Source: Comamonadaceae bacterium | Lineage (GTDB): Bacteria > Pseudomonadota > Gammaproteobacteria > Burkholderiales > Burkholderiaceae_C | Assembly (NCBI GenBank): GCA_023259355.1 | Contig: JAHFQI010000002.1 | Span: 1-61,479, forward strand | Direction: 5' to 3' | Length of the DNA: 61,479 nt | Shown here: in pieces, positions 44,242 to 51,288 of the stretch | How positions within the stretch are numbered: position 1 is the stretch's first letter | How the letters are laid out: the number at the start of each line of letters is the position of its first letter | Position numbers and translations under genes: made by a program | The notes under the pieces: model-generated | Told to the model about the DNA's origin: nothing | Databases searched by the model: none | The model's input: the letters and a program-made list of their open reading frames with translations, nothing else

Positions 44242-44522
44242 ACGTGATGCCCGATCACCGGCTGCGCATCGTCAAACCCGGGGTCCTGTCGATGTGGTGC
44301 CCAGGCTGCATGAAGGCACACCATTTCGATGTGCACGCCCTGAACCACGACGGCAAGGCCATCGGCTGGGATGGCGACCATGCAAGGCCGACCGTGGAGC
44401 CGACGCTCAGTTTCGACGGCTGCGAGTTCCTGCTGCGCGCCGGAACGCTCTATTTCTTGTCCAACTGCACTCACAGCCTTGTGGGCCAAACCGTGCCGCT
44501 GCCGCACTTCCCGCTGCCATGA
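44238..44522 (+). CDS. DUF6527-like Cys/His protein
   Basis: GGAGG lies upstream of ATG 44238. WCPGC..H ... WDGD..RPTVEPT ... SNCTHSL.GQTV pattern. Confidence 0.6.
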   Translation: MNVMPDHRLRIVKPGVLSMWCPGCMKAHHFDVHALNHDGKAIGWDGDHARPTVEPTLSFDGCEFLLRAGTLYFLSNCTHSLVGQTVPLPHFPLP

Positions 44523-44752
44523 TCCGCGCGATGACTCCCGACGAGACCCGCAAGGCGCTGAAACACGCCGCGGATGTCTGCGTCGAGGACGGTCGCATCT
44601 GCTGGGACGCGATCGATGTGTGCCGCGCCGACGCCACGCTGGACGCCGCGCAGCTCCTGCTGACCCCAGGCGATGAGCACTGCTACGCCGACACCCCGCT
44701 GCACGCGGCGATCTTCCTCGACCTCGCGGCCGAGGCACTGGGAAACCTATGA
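44519..44752 (+). CDS. Hypothetical protein (77 aa)
   Basis: ATGA overlaps at both ends. High GC3. Confidence 0.5.
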   Translation: MIRAMTPDETRKALKHAADVCVEDGRICWDAIDVCRADATLDAAQLLLTPGDEHCYADTPLHAAIFLDLAAEALGNL

Positions 44753-44892
44753 CCACCATCCTGCTGATCTTGCTTGGCGTCTACGTTCTCGGCGTCATTG
44801 CCCTGGTATGGAGAAGGTTGGCCGACTGGCGCGCGGCGCTGCTCTGGCCGCTGCTGCTGATCGCCTTCGCCCTGTTGTGGAGGCACGATTGA
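44749..44892 (+). CDS. 47-aa two-helix membrane peptide
   Basis: MTTILLILLGVYVLGVIALVWRRLADWRAALLWPLLLIAFALLWRHD. ATGA and TTGA overlaps. Below the ORF-track length cutoff. Confidence 0.45.
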   Translation: MTTILLILLGVYVLGVIALVWRRLADWRAALLWPLLLIAFALLWRHD

Positions 44893-45233
44893 ACTTGCTC
44901 CTGCTCGCCCTGGCCATCAGCGTGCTGGTCAACGTGTTTCTGGGCAATGCCTACCTGCACCAGCGCGACGCGAAGGTGAAGGTGGAGACCGAAACCGTGT
45001 TCGTGAAGGCCGCGGCAACCGAGTGCAGCGCCGGAACTGCGGCCCTGGCCACCAAAGCGGCGGCCAACGCCAGCGCCGCAGCACCCGCGCGCCGCGCCGC
45101 GGCCAGCGAGGCCGCCCAGCGCAACGCCAAGGCCGACGCCATCCTGGCCGCGCCGCCGGCCGCGCCGGGCGACGCTTGCAAGAGCGCCCAGGCGGCCGTT
45201 GATGCCTGGTGGGCAGATCGGAGCAAGCCATGA
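44889..45233 (+). CDS. i-spanin (Rz-like), putative
   Basis: TTG start coupled by a TTGA overlap. N-terminal TM LLLLALAISVLVNVFLG followed by an Ala-rich periplasmic helix. ATGA overlap into the lipoprotein gene. Confidence 0.5.
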   Translation: MNLLLLALAISVLVNVFLGNAYLHQRDAKVKVETETVFVKAAATECSAGTAALATKAAANASAAAPARRAAASEAAQRNAKADAILAAPPAAPGDACKSAQAAVDAWWADRSKP

Positions 45234-45505
45234 GGCGCAACGCCATCGCCCTGGCCGTCGCCGCTCTGCTGGCGCTGTTGGCCGGCTGCACCACGGCCCC
45301 GACCACCACCGTGAGGGTCCCGATCGCGGTGCAGTGCCAAGAGACCATTCCGGAGCGCCCGCCCATGCCGACCGAATCGTTCAAGGTGCGGCCGCTGATC
45401 GACGAGTACGTCAAGGCCGCCCAGGCCGAGATCCACCGGCGCGAGGGCTACGAGGCCAAGCTGCGCGCCGCGCTGCAGGCCTGTACCGCACCGACCACCC
45501 CTTAA
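45230..45505 (+). CDS. o-spanin (Rz1-like outer-membrane lipoprotein), putative
   Basis: Lipobox LLAGC followed by a Pro/Thr-rich segment. Adjacent, non-embedded arrangement with the i-spanin. Confidence 0.5.
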   Translation: MRRNAIALAVAALLALLAGCTTAPTTTVRVPIAVQCQETIPERPPMPTESFKVRPLIDEYVKAAQAEIHRREGYEAKLRAALQACTAPTTP

Positions 45506-45528
45506 CTCCACCACCGAAAGGCTTTCCC

Positions 45529-45777
45529 ATGAAACTCGCTCTTGGCGACTCCATCGTTGTGCAATGTGCCAGCTCCTTCAACGGCAACTTCGAGCAGCCC
45601 GCGATCGTCAATCGCGTCTGGGGCACGGACGACACCCGCAACGGCCCGCAAATGGCCAACTGCATGGTGTTGCCCGACTGCGGCTCGCCCTTCCCCCTGG
45701 GGTCGGTGCTGGTGCACGACCTCAGGCCGTTGACACCCCAGCTCGGCCAGGCCTGGCTGCCGCGCGCCAGCGACTGA
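45529..45777 (+). CDS. Hypothetical protein (82 aa)
   Basis: GAAAGG lies upstream of ATG 45529. High GC3. Confidence 0.5.
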   Translation: MKLALGDSIVVQCASSFNGNFEQPAIVNRVWGTDDTRNGPQMANCMVLPDCGSPFPLGSVLVHDLRPLTPQLGQAWLPRASD

Positions 45778-45848
45778 ACACACTCCGGAATCCCGCTATG
45801 GCGAGGGTCTTGCCGTCAGCCGCGGCGCCACTTGAAGGAGTCTTTTCC

Positions 45849-46154
45849 ATGAAAGGTCTTTACCGTTCCCGCGGCATCCTTGCCGCCCTGGCCATCGCAG
45901 CCTGCGCCGTAGTGAGCGTTTCGGTTTCGGCGGTCGATCGAATGTGCAGCTTCGTCGACCGGGCTGCGGTGCGCGCCTGGCGCTGGGCCGTCGACCTGGT
46001 GTTGGCCCCGCTGGCCACCATGGCGAAGTCCGCGCTGCGCAAGCTGCCGGGCCCGGCCGTGGCCCTGATCGCGGCGGTGCAGTACCTGCGGCGACAGATC
46101 AAGCGCGACCGGCCGGTGTGCACGCCCGGCTGGCGCATGTGCCCGTCAAGTTGA
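45849..46154 (+). CDS. Membrane protein (101 aa)
   Basis: GAAGGAG lies upstream of ATG 45849. TM segments ILAALAIAACAVVSVSVSAV and AVDLVLAPLATMA. Confidence 0.55.
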   Translation: MKGLYRSRGILAALAIAACAVVSVSVSAVDRMCSFVDRAAVRAWRWAVDLVLAPLATMAKSALRKLPGPAVALIAAVQYLRRQIKRDRPVCTPGWRMCPSS

Positions 46155-46195
46155 GCAGTTGTCTCCCTGCCGGGGTTCTCCAGCCCGGCCCTCCA

Positions 46196-46232
46196 ATCCC
46201 TCTGCAGCAGGCAAGCGGCAGGGGGATTTTTT
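46196..46232 (+). terminator. Rho-independent terminator ending the late operon
   Basis: 10-bp stem ATCCCTCTGC/GCAGGGGGAT (one G-T pair), 12-nt loop, T6 tract. Confidence 0.7.
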
Positions 46233-46516
46233 CATATGTGCTTCGAATGCCTCATGATCGCGTGCGCAAATTGCGCCTCGTCAAGCCACTCGATAAAGTC
46301 CGCCAGCTCGGTGGCGATCTGCGTCAGCTCCTTCTGGCCGGCGCCGTCCGCGCTGCAAAGGCTCAGCAGGTCCAACCAGCCGGCCAGCGTGCCGCGGACG
46401 TTCGCCAGCACTTGCGCGCGCGCGGTCGCGCCGCGTACGCGGTCGCCAAGCGAAAGCTCCTGCCGCCACAGATCCATGCAGCTGCGCATTTGCTGGAGGT
46501 TGAGGTCGACGTGCAT
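46232..46516 (-). CDS. Hypothetical helical protein (94 aa), accessory island
   Basis: High GC3. ATG 46516 preferred over the TTG at 46537. Convergent with the late operon. Confidence 0.55.
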   Translation of the reverse strand: MHVDLNLQQMRSCMDLWRQELSLGDRVRGATARAQVLANVRGTLAGWLDLLSLCSADGAGQKELTQIATELADFIEWLDEAQFAHAIMRHSKHI

Positions 46517-46750
46517 CGCCCCGGGATGGTAGCTCAACGGCTAGCGCCAGCTGTCGGCGCCGCCCGCGCGGCCGCGTTGCCGCATCCTCGGTTTTTTCTT
46601 CAGGGCCCCCGGATTCCGGAGATTCGGCACTACCAACCTTGATAGTGGCGCCCAGGCATGTTGCAGTTGTCAAATAGCCGTGGCGCAATAATGGCAGGTA
46701 CCCCCTCGCTCGCGCGGCGGGTTCTTCTGCCTCTAAACAAGGAGAACAAC

Positions 46751-47305
46751 ATGCTGCCGGATCCGGATTTTGTTGACACCGTTCCTTCGCACTATGCGAA
46801 AGGCGAGGAGTCGCCAACTCAGAAGCGTCCTTATTCGACGCCCAAGCTCACCGTCTTTGGTTCAGCGGCTGAATATCTGGAGAGGCGCAGCTTGGGCGTT
46901 CAACCTGGCCACGAGGTTCTACCGCATCCCCAGGAGTTCGTCGCCTCCTGGTACAGCCTGGACGTTACCGAGACGGCCGTGGAGCTGATCGAGGACACGT
47001 GGAAACTGGCCTGGGCGGTGTCGCAATCGGGAGCCGAACCTGACCACAGCAACGCCATATTTCAGAAAGTCTTGCCCAGCAAGGGGTCGACGCTTTACTT
47101 CAGTCCAACGGCACGACCGCTGGCAAAAGCCTTCGGTGCGAAACCATGCGACAGACCCTCGCCGGTGGATATGCGCTTGATTGCAGGCGACGATCGAGCT
47201 TGGCAAATTCACTTTGGCCGCGTTTTCGTGAGACCGAAGAAGCCCTTTGCGGAAACCCGCCCGGCCGGTCTCTCAGAGCCAACCCTGCCATCGCCACTTC
47301 ACTGA
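46751..47305 (+). CDS. Hypothetical protein (184 aa), accessory island, lower GC3 than core genes
   Basis: AAGGAG lies 6 nt upstream of ATG 46751. Many A/T-ending codons suggest foreign origin. Confidence 0.65.
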   Translation: MLPDPDFVDTVPSHYAKGEESPTQKRPYSTPKLTVFGSAAEYLERRSLGVQPGHEVLPHPQEFVASWYSLDVTETAVELIEDTWKLAWAVSQSGAEPDHSNAIFQKVLPSKGSTLYFSPTARPLAKAFGAKPCDRPSPVDMRLIAGDDRAWQIHFGRVFVRPKKPFAETRPAGLSEPTLPSPLH

Positions 47306-47506
47306 TGCCGCTGGCGCCTGGCAGGCTGTTGGCTGGCCGGGATCTCGGCCTCGGTGTCGGGTAGGTCGACCAGCACGCGCGAGCCGTCGATGGGCGTGGC
47401 CTCAGGGTGCTCGCGCCGGATCTCGGCCTCGGTCATGGCAATGCGGGTGGTGGTCCAGCGCCCCCGCCCAGCGGATCCGCCAGCGCCATTTTTCGACCTG
47501 CTTCAT
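47299..47506 (-). pseudogene. Small gene interrupted by a +1 frameshift at a C5/G5 run (47461..47465)
   Basis: ATG 47506 gives MKQVEKWRWRIRWAG and then stops early. Removing one G restores a 68-aa ORF ending at 47299 (... RWTTTRIAMTEAEIRREHPEATPIDGSRVLVDLPDTEAEI ...). Confidence 0.5.
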
Positions 47507-47536
47507 GGGTCGTACAGACTACTGTATTTTGGGCAA

Positions 47537-47547
47537 CTGCCTAATAA
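47537..47547 (+). repeat. Candidate integrase arm-type site (CTGCCTAATAA)
   Basis: 9 of 11 match to TTGCCTAATAT, located on the other side of the attP core. Confidence 0.35.
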
Positions 47548-47563
47548 AAGCCTAACAGCGGCG

Positions 47564-47597
47564 AAGAAAAAGGGGCTACGATCGCTCGTAACCCCTT
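47564..47597 (-). terminator. Rho-independent terminator downstream of the tRNA-Asn 3-prime fragment
   Basis: On the minus strand: AAGGGGTTACGA-GCGA-TCGTAGCCCCTT followed by TTTTTCTT. Confidence 0.7.
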
Positions 47598-47605
47598 GAT
47601 TTTAT

Positions 47606-47653
47606 TGGCTCCTCGACCTGGGCTCGAACCAGGGACCTACGGATTAACAGTCC
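47606..47653 (-). other. attP core: 3-prime 48 nt of tRNA-Asn(GUU), from the anticodon arm through CCA
   Basis: The reverse complement reads GGACTGTTAATCCGTAGGTCCCTGGTTCGAGCCCAGGTCGAGGAGCCA. This gives a CTGTTAA anticodon loop, a T-arm CCTGG-TTCGAGC-CCAGG, and an acceptor 3-prime strand plus CCA. There is no D-arm and no 5-prime acceptor strand upstream. Confidence 0.8.
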
Positions 47654-47705
47654 CGGCTCCTAATCGCCCAGCAGGCCGCGCCAATGCTCGTTTCACGTGG
47701 AGCGA

Positions 47706-47716
47706 TTGCCTAATAT
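47706..47716 (+). repeat. Candidate integrase arm-type site TTGCCTAATAT
   Basis: Exact inverted partner at 47770..47780. Confidence 0.4.
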
Positions 47717-47769
47717 TTCTGGACAAATGTGGCACCGTGGCTGCTGACTTTGCGGCCGATCAGCACTGG

Positions 47770-47780
47770 ATATTAGGCAA
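47770..47780 (-). repeat. Candidate integrase arm-type site TTGCCTAATAT (inverted copy)
   Basis: The plus strand reads ATATTAGGCAA. It overlaps the stop of the HEPN-like gene. Confidence 0.4.
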
Positions 47781-48342
47781 GGAAAAGTAAGGTCTCCGGT
47801 AGTGGCCCATGGTGATGCTGGGCTCGTCGCAGCGCGGGCTTCGCCTTCACATCGACATTCATAGCTATAAGCTGGGACACCACGACATTGTTGGCGAAGG
47901 TGAACAGTTGGAATAATTTCCAGGGTTCAAGCCCGTCGCGGTAGTCGGGCCGCCACGCCTGACGCTCCACCGGGCCAGCCGCAAATTCAGGCAGGTGGAC
48001 GCCGTGGTATCGCCAGTCGGTATGCGCGATTGCTTGCTGGCGCATGTCCATCACCTGCTTGTGCAGTGTTTTAAGATCCGGCTCGCCTTTGAAAATCGAT
48101 GGTCCGATCTTCGGCAGGGCCATTCCTCTAGCCTCGCTGTCCACAAATGACCTGGCATAGATGATGATCGTGGCGACGAACACTGCCTCGGTTGCGAATG
48201 GATGGGATGCACTACGTTTTTCCGCTGGCAGGTCGTCCAACTCGCTCAGCGCCCGCAGATAGTTAAGGGCTTCCTCGATGTCAAGGTGGGCTAGATAGAG
48301 CCGGTTGGCTTTCTGTTCCTTGTGCGCCAAGCCGCCGTTCAC
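47773..48342 (-). CDS. Hypothetical cargo protein, possible HEPN-like (AbiU2/AbiV-like) domain
   Basis: GTG 48342 in a GTGA overlap with the integrase stop. Lower GC3 than the phage core. All-helical composition with DMRQQAIAHTD (R-x5-H). Confidence 0.65.
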   Translation of the reverse strand: MNGGLAHKEQKANRLYLAHLDIEEALNYLRALSELDDLPAEKRSASHPFATEAVFVATIIIYARSFVDSEARGMALPKIGPSIFKGEPDLKTLHKQVMDMRQQAIAHTDWRYHGVHLPEFAAGPVERQAWRPDYRDGLEPWKLFQLFTFANNVVVSQLIAMNVDVKAKPALRRAQHHHGPLPETLLFLA

Positions 48343-49454
48343 GCCATCACCACCATGTTCGGCTGCACCGATTCGGTCCAGCGCTGCTTGATGTAGATCT
48401 CGGTCGTGGTCTTGCTGGCGTGCCCCAGCAGCGCCTGGATCTGCTCGATCGGCTGCTTGGCCAGCCACATATCGGTGGCGCCCTTGCCCTTGAGATCGCG
48501 ATACCCGAAGGAAGGCATGGGGTCGATGCCGCGGACCTTGCGCCTGACGTTGGCCACGGCGATCGAGCGCTTGAGCATCGAGCTCAGGCCGCCGTACGTG
48601 TAGAACCCGCCCTTGAGCGTGCCCACCAGGGGCTCCTGGAGCTTGCGCACCGTTCCGCTCGGCCTGGGGATCAGCGCGTCCAGCGCGGGGCTGAGCGCAA
48701 TCACCATGTTACGGCCCGTCTTGTTCTGTTTGAAGCGCAGGAACCGGCCGGCCAGCTCGTTGCTAACGGCTCGCGAGTCCCACAGGATGATGTCGCTCTC
48801 CGGGCGCTGCAGCGTGCGATAGGTAAGCTCCATCAGCAGCCGCTCGGCCCGCGTGGCCACATCGAAGACTTCTTTGTACTCGGCGTCGGTGACGTAGCGG
48901 GTGCGCTTGGTTTCCGGGTTGCGCTGCACGCCGCTGCCGCGCAGGCAGGGGTTCACCATCAGGCCGGGCACCTTCTTGTTGCGCAGCATCCAGCCGAAGC
49001 AGCTGGACAGCGCAGCCTTGTCGCGGTTGCCACGGGTGGCGCGGCCCGCCTCGGCGTTAGCGAGCAGGAAATCCTGCACCATGTCGGGCGTCAAATCGAG
49101 CGGGGCCAGGGGCGGGGCGAAGAACACGCGCAGCGCGCCGGGCTTGTTGTCAGTTCCGATCGCGTCGCGGTAGTCCTGCAGGGTGCGCGCCGACAACTTG
49201 ATGCCCTTGATCTTGCTGGCCAGCTCGACGCGGCGCTCGCACTCGACCAGGAACATATCGAGCCAGTAGACCAGTGAGCCATAGCGCCCGTTGGGGTCGT
49301 TGTAAAGCTTGGCCTTGGCGTTGGCCTTATCCCGATCCTTGCCCAGGTTCTCCCAGCCGCGATCGCGGTGGGCATAGAAGAACGCGCCATGACTGGCATA
49401 CACCCGCGGCTCCAGCCCCAGGTCGTGTTTCCGCTTCCGGCCCATGGGCGCCAT
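48339..49454 (-). CDS. int: Tyrosine integrase
   Basis: C-terminal catalytic region ... YRDLKGKGATDMW ... LLGHASKTTTEIYIKQ. Adjacent to attP and to a DUF4224 gene. Confidence 0.9.
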   Translation of the reverse strand: MAPMGRKRKHDLGLEPRVYASHGAFFYAHRDRGWENLGKDRDKANAKAKLYNDPNGRYGSLVYWLDMFLVECERRVELASKIKGIKLSARTLQDYRDAIGTDNKPGALRVFFAPPLAPLDLTPDMVQDFLLANAEAGRATRGNRDKAALSSCFGWMLRNKKVPGLMVNPCLRGSGVQRNPETKRTRYVTDAEYKEVFDVATRAERLLMELTYRTLQRPESDIILWDSRAVSNELAGRFLRFKQNKTGRNMVIALSPALDALIPRPSGTVRKLQEPLVGTLKGGFYTYGGLSSMLKRSIAVANVRRKVRGIDPMPSFGYRDLKGKGATDMWLAKQPIEQIQALLGHASKTTTEIYIKQRWTESVQPNMVVMA

Positions 49455-49455
49455 G

Positions 49456-49779
49456 TTACCCCGCCTTCTTTTTGCTCAAGAACGCCTGCAAGGCGGCCCG
49501 ATCGGGCTGCGCAGGCACGCGCGCGGCCGGCTCGTTGGCCGCCGGGCCGTACTGGCCGCGCGTGACGGCCTCGTAGTGGGCCCGCTCCAGCACCACCTTG
49601 CCGGTAACCTTGGCGACGTAGGCGCGCGTGAAGCCACGCGCGTGAAGCTCGCGCAGCTGGTCGGCCGCGCGCTTGTAGCCGCCGCTGGCTTCGCGGATCT
49701 CGTCTGGTGCCAGATTGAGGCCGGTCGGCCTGGGCACAAACTGCGCTGCGCCGGGCAGCTGGTGGACGTTGGCGGTCAT
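49456..49779 (-). CDS. DUF4224-like protein, probable excisionase/directionality factor by position
   Basis: LAPDEIREASGGYKRAADQLRELHARGF matches the DUF4224 pattern. Its stop lies 2 nt before the int start. Confidence 0.6.
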   Translation of the reverse strand: MTANVHQLPGAAQFVPRPTGLNLAPDEIREASGGYKRAADQLRELHARGFTRAYVAKVTGKVVLERAHYEAVTRGQYGPAANEPAARVPAQPDRAALQAFLSKKKAG

Positions 49780-50084
49780 GGTGCAGGGGCAGGCAGCAGC
49801 CGCGATAGCAGGCCGCGCCGTGCGTTATGGGTGGGGCACACATCCAGTTCCGGGCCGAGCGCCAGCCGGTGCTGCTCGCAGATCGGGACATCGCAGCCGG
49901 GCCAGTCGCACAGGTAGGGCGCCATCGCCATGCAGCGGACCTTCACACGACGGGCCACGATGATGCTGTCAGGCTCCTGCTCCCAGGCCCAGCGAAAGAA
50001 CCCGCAGGCCGGCGGCGCCTTCTCGCGCTGGCGCTTGCTCATGTGGATGTGCACCATGCCGGCGCCGAAGCGATAGAAGGGCAT
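49776..50084 (-). CDS. Cys-rich hypothetical protein (102 aa)
   Basis: Internal ATG 50084 is coupled to the upstream stop. LCDWPGCDVPICEQH ... CPTH. Confidence 0.5.
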   Translation of the reverse strand: MPFYRFGAGMVHIHMSKRQREKAPPACGFFRWAWEQEPDSIIVARRVKVRCMAMAPYLCDWPGCDVPICEQHRLALGPELDVCPTHNARRGLLSRLLPAPAP

Positions 50085-50650
50085 CAGGCGATCTCCCCGG
50101 TGCGCGAGTTCAGCACGCCGTTCGCGCAAGCGCGCCACAGCACGGTGTCCACGGTGGCAACGCGCAGTTCCAGCTCGCGGGCCAGCCGCTCGCACATGCT
50201 CTGGACCGTGCAGCCTTCGCGATCGGCCAGGCGCTGCAGGTGGACGTCGGGCTTGGCGACGTCGAGGCCGAAATTCTTGGCCAGGTGGTACTTCGTGATT
50301 CCTCCGATCCACGGCAGAGTTTCCAGCCAGGCAAGGCGATCGGTGGACTGGCAATACGCGAGAAACAGCGCTTCACGGTCGCGCCAGATCGTCTCAATGG
50401 CAGCGGCTTTCCCTGGATGGCGGAACACATCGCATACCGGTCGCCCGTGAGTCAGCGCGATCTCGCAGCGCTGGTAGATGCCGCGCGCCACAGTGTTTTT
50501 CATGCCGGAGTTGCAGATAACGAAGATCGTTTCTAATGCGAAATCAATCCCTCCGACAGGCGGCTGCAGCGACTCGGCCCATTCAATGTCGTCCTCTGCC
50601 TGCGTACCCAGCAGCGCGCGGATTCGGCGGAAGTCGTCGGCGGTGATCAC
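50084..50650 (-). CDS. HhH-GPD superfamily (endonuclease III / DNA glycosylase-like) protein
   Basis: GTG 50650 in a GTGA overlap. LPWIGGITKYHLAKNFGLDVAKPDVHLQRLA is a helix-hairpin-helix pattern. Confidence 0.5.
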   Translation of the reverse strand: MITADDFRRIRALLGTQAEDDIEWAESLQPPVGGIDFALETIFVICNSGMKNTVARGIYQRCEIALTHGRPVCDVFRHPGKAAAIETIWRDREALFLAYCQSTDRLAWLETLPWIGGITKYHLAKNFGLDVAKPDVHLQRLADREGCTVQSMCERLARELELRVATVDTVLWRACANGVLNSRTGEIA

Positions 50651-51288
50651 AGCTTGAGCCTTTGAAACTCGACGACCCACACCCAGGGATTGGCATCCCA
50701 GCTGCCGGGGCCGTTGATGCGCTCCCAAAGCAGGCGGTAGTAGTCGCGCTCGCTGTAGCCGTGCGGAACGGCCTGAGCACCTTCCTCGCGGCGCCATAGC
50801 TCCACGCCCTCGGCCATCGCATCGGCCTCGCTGATCGCCTGCAGCGGCTCGATGCGCAGGCCGGTCACTTCCAGCAGGATGCGGGAGGCCACGCGGGGCA
50901 TGTGGATGGATGGGATCCACCTGTCACCGAACTTCCCCAGCGGCAGGTTCATCGTCGCGCGATAGGCGACGTCAGGGTTGGCGCTGGTCCATGCCCGCTT
51001 ATCCCATGTCTCGCGCACCCACAGCCGGTCGCCGGGCTGTCCGTAGGGGCACAGCGACAGGTAGGTGTGCGGCTCGGGCGAGTTCACGGCTTCATTGAGC
51101 AGGTCGCGGCCTTGCCTGTCCTTGAACATCAACCGCGTGCAGCCGCCCATTCCAATGCTCACATCCGGCTGCGGCTTGATCGCCCTCCGCGTCTGCGTCT
51201 TGGTGCCGGCCAGCAGGGCGCGCACCATCGGCGCGCTGAACAGGATCGGGCGCTCCTTCGGCTTTATCAGCGGGTCAAGCAGGTACAT
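50647..51288 (-). CDS. ASCH domain-like protein
   Basis: ILFSAPMVRALLAGTKTQTRRAIKPQP plus ... GDRLWVRETW is a pattern common in phage ASCH proteins. Confidence 0.6.
   Translation of the reverse strand: MYLLDPLIKPKERPILFSAPMVRALLAGTKTQTRRAIKPQPDVSIGMGGCTRLMFKDRQGRDLLNEAVNSPEPHTYLSLCPYGQPGDRLWVRETWDKRAWTSANPDVAYRATMNLPLGKFGDRWIPSIHMPRVASRILLEVTGLRIEPLQAISEADAMAEGVELWRREEGAQAVPHGYSERDYYRLLWERINGPGSWDANPWVWVVEFQRLKL

Noticed and set aside
46538-46750. Sigma-70 promoters in the divergent accessory-island intergenic region, for example TTGTCA ... TAATGG around 46671..46700.
   Set aside because: Spacing and hexamer quality are ambiguous when read by eye. It is plausible but not supportable without mapping.
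46751-46900. The RPYSTPKLTVFGSAAEYL segment as a lasso-peptide/RiPP-type leader.
   Set aside because: It lies inside a 184-aa ORF with no maturation enzymes nearby. The resemblance is a short motif only.
47606-47653. A complete tRNA-Asn gene.
   Set aside because: Only the anticodon arm, variable loop, T-arm and 3-prime acceptor/CCA are present. The sequence upstream (47654 onward, minus strand) cannot form the 5-prime acceptor strand (TCCTCGA expected) or a D-arm. It was therefore interpreted as the attP core.
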